64,000 nucleotides of DNA from a bacterium (lineage in GTDB: Bacteria > Patescibacteriota > Dojkabacteria > SC72). Made by a program: the position numbers and the translations under genes. This document shows, piece after piece, positions 58,112 to 64,000 of the stretch. The number at the start of each line of letters is the position of its first letter. Positions within the stretch are counted from its first letter, which is position 1. The stretch covers positions 201,799 through 265,798 of the forward strand of contig JAJTYH010000002.1 in assembly GCA_021463465.1 (NCBI GenBank), written 5' to 3'. The notes below the pieces were generated by a model, which worked only from the letters and a program-made list of their open reading frames with translations, was not told the DNA's origin and ran no database searches.

Positions 58112-58471
58112 TTACATCCAAACAGTGTCGTCACCTTCTCCTGGTTTATCTATTTTGAAGACCACAAGCTTAAACTCCTTATCAGTTCTATTCCACAAAT
58201 AATGCCTATCACCAGGTTCGCATACAAAAGCATCGCCTGGAACGGCAATATGTTCAGTATCATTTATGTAGATTGAGCATTCACCTTCAAGGATATAGAA
58301 AATCTCAGTTTGAGCGTTGTGATAATGGGCTCTCTGCTTAGTATTTGCTGGAATGGCAACAACTTGAAGCAGGTGACCTTCTCCAGGTAGCTCAGTATTT
58401 CCAAAGATAATAGCCTTGGAATAATCCTTTTTAATCTCTGGGGAAATTTCTGAAAGCTTTTTCTTTTTCAT
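58112..58471 (-). CDS. Cupin-domain protein
   Basis: HYHNAQTEIFYILEG...PGDRHYL, a two-His/Glu cupin motif pair. The start is placed at MKKKKLSEISP so that it does not overlap the tRNA. Confidence 0.6.
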   Translation of the reverse strand: MKKKKLSEISPEIKKDYSKAIIFGNTELPGEGHLLQVVAIPANTKQRAHYHNAQTEIFYILEGECSIYINDTEHIAVPGDAFVCEPGDRHYLWNRTDKEFKLVVFKIDKPGEGDDTVWM

Positions 58472-58491
58472 AAACCTAAAGATTCTAAACA

Positions 58492-58578
58492 CGGAGAGAC
58501 AGGGATTCGAACCCTGGATGGAGTTTCCCCCATAACGGTTTTCAAGACCGTCCCATTCAGCCTCTCTGGCATCTCTCC
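58492..58578 (-). tRNA. tRNA-Ser (anticodon UGA)
   Basis: Minus-strand GGAGAGATGCCAGAGAGGCTGAATGGGACGGTCTTGAAAACCGTTATGGGGGAAACTCCATCCAGGGTTCGAATCCCTGTCTCTCCG. Long variable arm, discriminator G. Near-identical in layout to E. coli tRNA-Ser. Confidence 0.85.
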
Positions 58579-58615
58579 AAACGTGTGATATTTTAGCAAA
58601 AACCTAATTATTAGG

Positions 58616-59407
58616 CTACAAAGCGATATCTGAAATATCCGGAGCGGCTCCCCCCCACCTTTCCGCTAATTCTTTTATCGCCCCAGCTTTCCATTCCCTA
58701 CGATTAAATAATTTCCTTCCTTGTGCCCTTAGGGCTAATTCTACCGAAGAAGCAAACTTAACATCTCTACCCAGATCTTTAGCACCAACGATACACCTTG
58801 TTCCTGTATCAGCGATGAACGCATGCTGCATTACTCTATTTTGAGAATTTGCGCCATCACCTTCTGCAAAAGTAATTTCTGTATTTGGAAACAGTATTGA
58901 ATCTGGTACTTTATTTGTAATTGGAAGTACTATACCTCCGTTATCTCCATTTGGATGGATTGATTGAATCAAATCTTTTAATGGTTTGACGTTGTTATGT
59001 CCATAGGGAAAAGTAAATACAGGGACTCCATTAAAAATAAAGCATCTAACAACTTCAGTATACATTAACAAACTTGGCTCTTTAACACCTCTTTTAGCTA
59101 AATCCTCAAGCAATTTAAAAACAGAAACATCCTTTTCTCTTTGAGAAACCGAGAACGGACTTACTGATAATCCCTCTACACGATTAATTTCTTCAAGTAA
59201 TGTTCGCTTATCATTAATTCGTATACCCATACTGGACTCAGGGGTGATTAATTCAACACTTACGGGAGCAACTAACCCTGTATCAACTGTAAATGTTAAC
59301 TCTGTCTGGAAGTGCTGCATTCCAGAATCTTTAGCAAACTTTGAGTCAATTCTCCTTAACTGACCATCTCCTGTACTTAAACGTTCAATAAAAGTTGAAT
59401 CAATCAT
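58616..59407 (-). CDS. Hypothetical protein
   Basis: 263 aa, no confident family. Confidence 0.35.
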   Translation of the reverse strand: MIDSTFIERLSTGDGQLRRIDSKFAKDSGMQHFQTELTFTVDTGLVAPVSVELITPESSMGIRINDKRTLLEEINRVEGLSVSPFSVSQREKDVSVFKLLEDLAKRGVKEPSLLMYTEVVRCFIFNGVPVFTFPYGHNNVKPLKDLIQSIHPNGDNGGIVLPITNKVPDSILFPNTEITFAEGDGANSQNRVMQHAFIADTGTRCIVGAKDLGRDVKFASSVELALRAQGRKLFNRREWKAGAIKELAERWGGAAPDISDIAL

Positions 59408-59433
59408 TTAAAGATATACACAGTTAAATTTAA

Positions 59434-60429
59434 CTATTCATTAGTAAAAATCTGCCTAATAACACCCTCCAAACTCATCTCTGCAATGTCCAAATCTTCC
59501 ACTGGAAACGCCTTTAAGAGCTTAGCTGATGCATTTGCAACATCATTTCTATCTACATGTATGACACCACCTGTATCATTAAGCGATACCACTTGCCCTA
59601 TCTTCTCCAAATCTGCCCTATCAATCTTTTTACTTACAACAAAACTTATCGTTTTATACTTCACATGTTCCCTAATCAAATCAGATATTTTTCCGTCATA
59701 CATGATATGACCTCCGTCAACAATAATCACTCTCTTACATAATTCCTTAACGTCATCCATATTGTGGCTAGTCAAAATGACAGTAGTACCGAACTTCTGA
59801 TTATATTCTTTGAAGAAGATTCTAAGTCTTCTTTGCATTACTACATCAAGTCCAATAGTAGGCTCATCTAAAAACACTACACTCGGTGCATGTAATAGCG
59901 CAGAAACCAACTCACATTTCATTCTTTGACCCAGAGAAAGTTTTCTAACAGGGATATTAACTACTCTCCCAAGAGAGAGAAGATCTATAAGTTCATCAAT
60001 CTTGTTTTTAAAATCCTGTTCATCAACTTCATAAATCTCTTTATTCAACAAAAAAGAATCATAAGCAGGTAAATCCCACCAGAGTTGATTCTTCTGCCCC
60101 ATTACTAGTGAAATTTTCTTCAAGAAGCTGCGCTCACGATGCCATGGCGTATGCCCTAAAACACCCACTTCACCAGATGTAGGATAAAGGAGACCTGAAA
60201 GACACTTCAAAGTGGTCGTCTTACCTGCCCCATTTGGACCGATAAAGCCAACAAACTCACCTTTTTGTATTTCAAAAGAGATATCATTTACAGCTTGAAT
60301 TTCTGAGTAATCTCGGGAAAAAAGACTTTTGACTGAGCCGAGTAACCCTGGCTCCTTTTTATATACTTTAAAGTACTTCCTCAACCTTTTTACTGAGACC
60401 ACTGGCGACATATGAATACATTTTAGCAT
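59434..60429 (-). CDS. ABC transporter ATP-binding protein (ABC-2 exporter type)
   Basis: GPNGAGKTTT Walker A, LSLGQRMK signature, VVFLDEPTIGLD Walker B, and an H-loop. Confidence 0.85.
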   Translation of the reverse strand: MLKCIHMSPVVSVKRLRKYFKVYKKEPGLLGSVKSLFSRDYSEIQAVNDISFEIQKGEFVGFIGPNGAGKTTTLKCLSGLLYPTSGEVGVLGHTPWHRERSFLKKISLVMGQKNQLWWDLPAYDSFLLNKEIYEVDEQDFKNKIDELIDLLSLGRVVNIPVRKLSLGQRMKCELVSALLHAPSVVFLDEPTIGLDVVMQRRLRIFFKEYNQKFGTTVILTSHNMDDVKELCKRVIIVDGGHIMYDGKISDLIREHVKYKTISFVVSKKIDRADLEKIGQVVSLNDTGGVIHVDRNDVANASAKLLKAFPVEDLDIAEMSLEGVIRQIFTNE

Positions 60430-60474
60430 ATCGCTGATTGACTGTACCCTTTTAAAACAATAATATTAAGACGT

Positions 60475-61689
60475 ATGAATAAACTGCTCTGTTTCTTTCT
60501 AACCTTAGTGATTTTCTCTCTGAACTTTTTGCCAGTATTTGCCGAGGATCTTAACTCTACAAACTTCAAAATTACTGGTGCGACTATGAATTCCGGAGGC
60601 GAAACTTCTCAAGCAGGTTCAGGCAACTTCAAGCTTTTAAATACAATGGGCGATTTCTCTGGCGACCCTAGAGTGCTTAGCACAAACTATCGCGCAGGAA
60701 TTGGGGAAGTAGAAATCTTTACTGCGAATGTCCCACAAATCTCATGTTTTGAAACTACAACTAGCGGATCATCATCTTGTACCACTGGTCCTGCCTATTT
60801 AAATACTAATGGTATGGTCAGAGTGTGCGGACCAACAGGTTGTTACGATCGGGCAAGGTTTGAAATTGATTCTCAAAGTAATCCGAGTGATACCCTTTAT
60901 GCAATCCAACTCTCAACTGATAATTTTGCTTCGGATATAAGATACATAGATGGGGTTACTCATAAACCCATCACTTCGTCCAACGTAACTATTGATGATT
61001 ACTTAACGAAATCTGCTTGGGAAACTGATGCAACAAATGTGTTAGGTCTTGATGCAAGTACAACCTACAAATTGCGAGCTAAAGCGTTACACGGAGACTT
61101 TACCGAAAGTGATCCAGGTCCCAGTGCAACTGCAACTACAGCATCCGCCACGATGAGCTTTGATATTGATATTGCTGATACTACAGGCGTCTCTACAGAA
61201 TCAAGTGCGCCGTATACAGTGAATTTCAATAACAGTGACAGATTGGTACAAACAGGTCCAGCTCAAACCTCTGATGATTTGATATGGCTTGATGGTCAAA
61301 CTAATGGTTCCGGAGGGTTATCAATACTTTTCAAAGGTCAAAACGGAGGACTTAATTCCACAACAGCTTCGTATACTATTACTTCAGCGAGTGCCGATTT
61401 AGACGGAGTTGTAGAGGGTTTTGGGATTCAGAGTTACTATAAGTCGCAGCTATACGAATTAGGAAGCGGTAACGGTAGTTTGGCTACTCTTTCTGTCATT
61501 TCACCCTATAACGGAGCTGGAAATAACGTTGGAATTATCGATGCAGTTTTTAGCAAAGTGTACGAGAGCAATGGCCCAACTCATACAGGTCGGGTCGGAC
61601 TACTTCTCAAAGCTCGAGCCTCCGGCTCAGCAACCCCCGCCACAGACTACACAGAAACAGTGACAATAGTAATAGTCCCAAAGTACTAG
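60475..61689 (+). CDS. Secreted protein with SCPU/Csu-pilin-like C-terminal motif
   Basis: Signal peptide (LPVFA/ED). Ser/Thr/Gly-rich beta-type composition. C-terminal ATDYTETVTIVIVPKY resembles the G-x-Y-x-D-T-V-T-V terminal strand of spore-coat-protein-U/CsuA-B domains. Confidence 0.45.
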   Translation: MNKLLCFFLTLVIFSLNFLPVFAEDLNSTNFKITGATMNSGGETSQAGSGNFKLLNTMGDFSGDPRVLSTNYRAGIGEVEIFTANVPQISCFETTTSGSSSCTTGPAYLNTNGMVRVCGPTGCYDRARFEIDSQSNPSDTLYAIQLSTDNFASDIRYIDGVTHKPITSSNVTIDDYLTKSAWETDATNVLGLDASTTYKLRAKALHGDFTESDPGPSATATTASATMSFDIDIADTTGVSTESSAPYTVNFNNSDRLVQTGPAQTSDDLIWLDGQTNGSGGLSILFKGQNGGLNSTTASYTITSASADLDGVVEGFGIQSYYKSQLYELGSGNGSLATLSVISPYNGAGNNVGIIDAVFSKVYESNGPTHTGRVGLLLKARASGSATPATDYTETVTIVIVPKY

Positions 61690-61738
61690 TGAAATTGACA
61701 CACTAGCGCAAAATATATATCCTAGTATGATTGGATAA

Positions 61739-62905
61739 TTGACTGCTTACTTTATGAGTTTACAAAAAATCAAACTGCCTAGTCAGTTCGCAAAAATTAT
61801 AATTGTCCTTGTATTTTCTGTGGGTATATTCTTGTTATCAACTCCACTCTTTTTCTCAAAAGCAAACGCGCTAACTGCTGCCTACTTCTATCTCAGCCGA
61901 ATGGCAACAAACATTAACGGCTCATCAGCTACAGTCACCTACACAATTGCAGTAGCGCCAACACAATCAATGTCTTCCAGCGGGACTGTTGCGATTATCT
62001 TTCCTGATGCGGACGATGGTAACTGGTGTAGAACAGCAGGAAGTTTAACTGTAACTGCAGTTTCATCTGCTCTTCCCGATTTGGCAAGCACTAACTGGGC
62101 TATAGACGCAAGCCTTCCTAACAACGGCTCTGCTCTTACGGCTAGCTGCGTACAAGGTTCAGGTTCAAGCTCTTTTGACACAATAACGGTATCCAATGTA
62201 GGTGCACTTACAGGTGGCACAACTTACGGCTTCAGAATTTCTAATGGAAGTTCTGCAGGTGTTGTGGGGACTGACGACACCTCTGGCACTCATACTACAA
62301 CGCTTCGAGTCCAAAGTGGAGCTACAATTGACGCCAGCACTTTTGATTTGTACCTTGTATCTACCGATTCTGTAACAGTCTCTGCTACAGTACAAGCTGT
62401 ACCAACTGTTAACTGCTCAATTAGTTCCAACTCAGTCAGTTTGGGAACTCTTTATCCCGGGGGTGCTTACTCAACAGCCACAAACACAATCACCACATCA
62501 ACTTCATCTAGTACCATTGGGTACTACTGGTCATCTTTTGGTACAGGCGATGGGAGTACAGATGCAGGTTTGTATAAATCATCTGCCACTACATATTTGA
62601 TAGCATCTACTGGTAGCTCAACTATAAACCTGTCAGGTCTGGGTACGGAAGGTTTCGGAATTACAGTCTCAGATCCTGACGCAGGTGGGGCAGCAGTCGT
62701 CCCAGCGGATTTCAGTGATGGCAGTGCCGGAACCTTTGGTGCCTTAGATCGTGATAGTACGAACGCACAATTAATTCTCTATCAAAACGGCGCACAGACA
62801 AGCCCTGACAACTCAACTGTAACTTATGGAGGTAAGGCAGGAGCATCTGCTGAAGCAGGTAGCTATTCAGAAACAGTCTACTTTGTTTGCGGTGCATACT
62901 ACTAA
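61739..62905 (+). CDS. Secreted Ser/Thr-rich protein with SCPU-like N- and C-terminal signature
   Basis: Signal peptide (FSKANA/LT). ATVQAVPTVNCSISSNSVSLGTL resembles the SCPU domain start (conserved Cys). C-terminal AGSYSETVYFVCGAYY resembles the SCPU terminal strand. Confidence 0.45.
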   Translation: MTAYFMSLQKIKLPSQFAKIIIVLVFSVGIFLLSTPLFFSKANALTAAYFYLSRMATNINGSSATVTYTIAVAPTQSMSSSGTVAIIFPDADDGNWCRTAGSLTVTAVSSALPDLASTNWAIDASLPNNGSALTASCVQGSGSSSFDTITVSNVGALTGGTTYGFRISNGSSAGVVGTDDTSGTHTTTLRVQSGATIDASTFDLYLVSTDSVTVSATVQAVPTVNCSISSNSVSLGTLYPGGAYSTATNTITTSTSSSTIGYYWSSFGTGDGSTDAGLYKSSATTYLIASTGSSTINLSGLGTEGFGITVSDPDAGGAAVVPADFSDGSAGTFGALDRDSTNAQLILYQNGAQTSPDNSTVTYGGKAGASAEAGSYSETVYFVCGAYY

Positions 62906-62930
62906 ATCGCGGATACTTTAAAAGGTTGAA

Positions 62931-63962
62931 ATGAAAAATCTCACGCAAAAGTTATCCCTCACACTAATTATTCTAGTTTCCCTATTTGCACTATTTGCAC
63001 TATTCCCCCACCCATCCTATGCACAACAATTAGGTAATAACAGTTTGTCTCTGGGTTTTGCTCCCACTTCACAATTCCTAACTCTCTCAGCAGGCTCTAG
63101 ACACACAGGAGAGGTTACAGTATGGAATCTTTCACCTGTACCCAGAGTCTATAATGTTATCATTCGAGGTTTTAAACAGATTGAAAACTATCCAGGCACA
63201 GCTCGAATTCATTCCGAAGCAGAAGAGGAAAGAGATGTATTTAGTGCTGCAAAATGGGTCCAGATTCCTTACACTCAAGTTAACCTTATGCCCAACCAGT
63301 ACACTAAAATCCCATATGAAATAACTGTACCCGCTAATTCTGCCTCCGGTGAATTTCATGCTATGATTTTCCTAGTATCCCAAGCCCCTCATGTAGATTT
63401 GGACATTAATTCTACCTCAACATCCAACTTAGGTTCTGGTCCTGTTATTTTTGTAAAAGTGGGTGACAAGATAGTAGAGCAAGCAGAAATTGAATACTTC
63501 AGAAGCGAAAAAAGCTTTTACGAACTACCTCCGATTAGCTTTCAAACCCGATACATAAATAAGGGGAACACTCACATCACACCTGCGGGAGACATAATCA
63601 TTGAGAATTTTTTAGGACAAGAAATAGACAAAGTAACCTTCAATAGTAACCGTCAAAGTTTGTTGCGAGGAAATGCCGGCAATTATACAGACGAGTGGCA
63701 CCATCAAGGGGTCTTTTTACGAAACGGTAAGCTCGCAATCGGGCCTCTAAAAGCCCGTCTCATAACTACTTATAGATCTGAAAACCCAGGTCACGCACCA
63801 CTTAGTGCTGTTACTACCTTCTGGGTACTACCTTGGAAACATATACTAGCAATTGTATTGATTGTAGGTATAATATACAGACTTATTTCATCCTTGCGTA
63901 AGAGAAATGAACAAAAGATCCGTTCTTACGACCCTATTGCTAGTTATCCTAAGTATAACTAG
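62931..63962 (+). CDS. Signal-peptide protein with a C-terminal TM anchor and basic tail (cell-surface anchoring/assembly component candidate)
   Basis: SP (FPHPSYA/QQ), a ~270-aa beta-rich ectodomain, TM ILAIVLIVGIIYRLI, and RKRNEQK tail. Architecture like the DUF916/DUF3324 anchors of Gram-positive surface-protein clusters. Confidence 0.4.
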   Translation: MKNLTQKLSLTLIILVSLFALFALFPHPSYAQQLGNNSLSLGFAPTSQFLTLSAGSRHTGEVTVWNLSPVPRVYNVIIRGFKQIENYPGTARIHSEAEEERDVFSAAKWVQIPYTQVNLMPNQYTKIPYEITVPANSASGEFHAMIFLVSQAPHVDLDINSTSTSNLGSGPVIFVKVGDKIVEQAEIEYFRSEKSFYELPPISFQTRYINKGNTHITPAGDIIIENFLGQEIDKVTFNSNRQSLLRGNAGNYTDEWHHQGVFLRNGKLAIGPLKARLITTYRSENPGHAPLSAVTTFWVLPWKHILAIVLIVGIIYRLISSLRKRNEQKIRSYDPIASYPKYN

Positions 63963-64000
63963 CTACCTACCAACCCCTGCAAACGCTACCAATATTACCC
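63907..64000 (+). CDS. Start of a further signal-peptide protein (3'-truncated by window end)
   Basis: ATG at 63907 gives MNKRSVLTTLLLVILSITSYLPTPANATNIT (classic signal peptide), overlapping the previous gene's end. Confidence 0.4.
   Translation, partial: MNKRSVLTTLLLVILSITSYLPTPANATNIT

Noticed and set aside
1-64000. CRISPR arrays, rRNA genes, IS elements and transposases.
   Set aside because: Scanning for regularly spaced direct repeats found none. No transposase-like DDE/HUH ORF and no rRNA-like conserved stretches were seen. The only mobile-element-like gene is the tyrosine recombinase.

Overview
This 64-kb window is a low-GC (~38-40% by eye) bacterial chromosome segment with a compact, largely housekeeping backbone. 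Backbone genes include gyrA, ruvABC with yebC, dnaB, the rpsF-ssb-rpsR operon, ychF, rpmE-prfA-prmC, htrA, ctpA, a CCA-adding enzyme, tRNA-Leu(CAA) and tRNA-Ser(UGA). A sortase, a transglutaminase-like protein, a GT2/glycoside-hydrolase pair and an AMP phosphorylase plus ribose-1,5-bisphosphate isomerase pair (the archaeal-type AMP salvage / RuBisCO shunt) are also present. That shunt pair, the small proteins with lineage-specific extensions and the monoderm features are reminiscent of Patescibacteria/CPR-like organisms; this is inference. The most unusual region is ~7.0-22.3 kb, an apparent integrated island bounded on the right by a tyrosine recombinase. It carries two conspicuously GC-rich (~50-55%) self-contained gene cassettes, each with its own promoter/terminator signals. 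It also carries a 1742-aa coiled-coil / glycine-zipper / EF-hand protein preceded by two small acidic proteins. A protein-kinase-like protein, a PP2C-like phosphatase with a coiled-coil tail, and a P-loop (GxxGxGKGT) kinase-like protein complete the island. Elsewhere, a membrane-anchored VirD4/TraG/HerA-like ATPase sits with an LCP-like protein. A cluster of signal-peptide proteins at the 3' end shares a C-terminal Y-[ST]-E-T-V motif reminiscent of SCPU/Csu-type pilins. No CRISPR array, rRNA or obvious IS element was seen.
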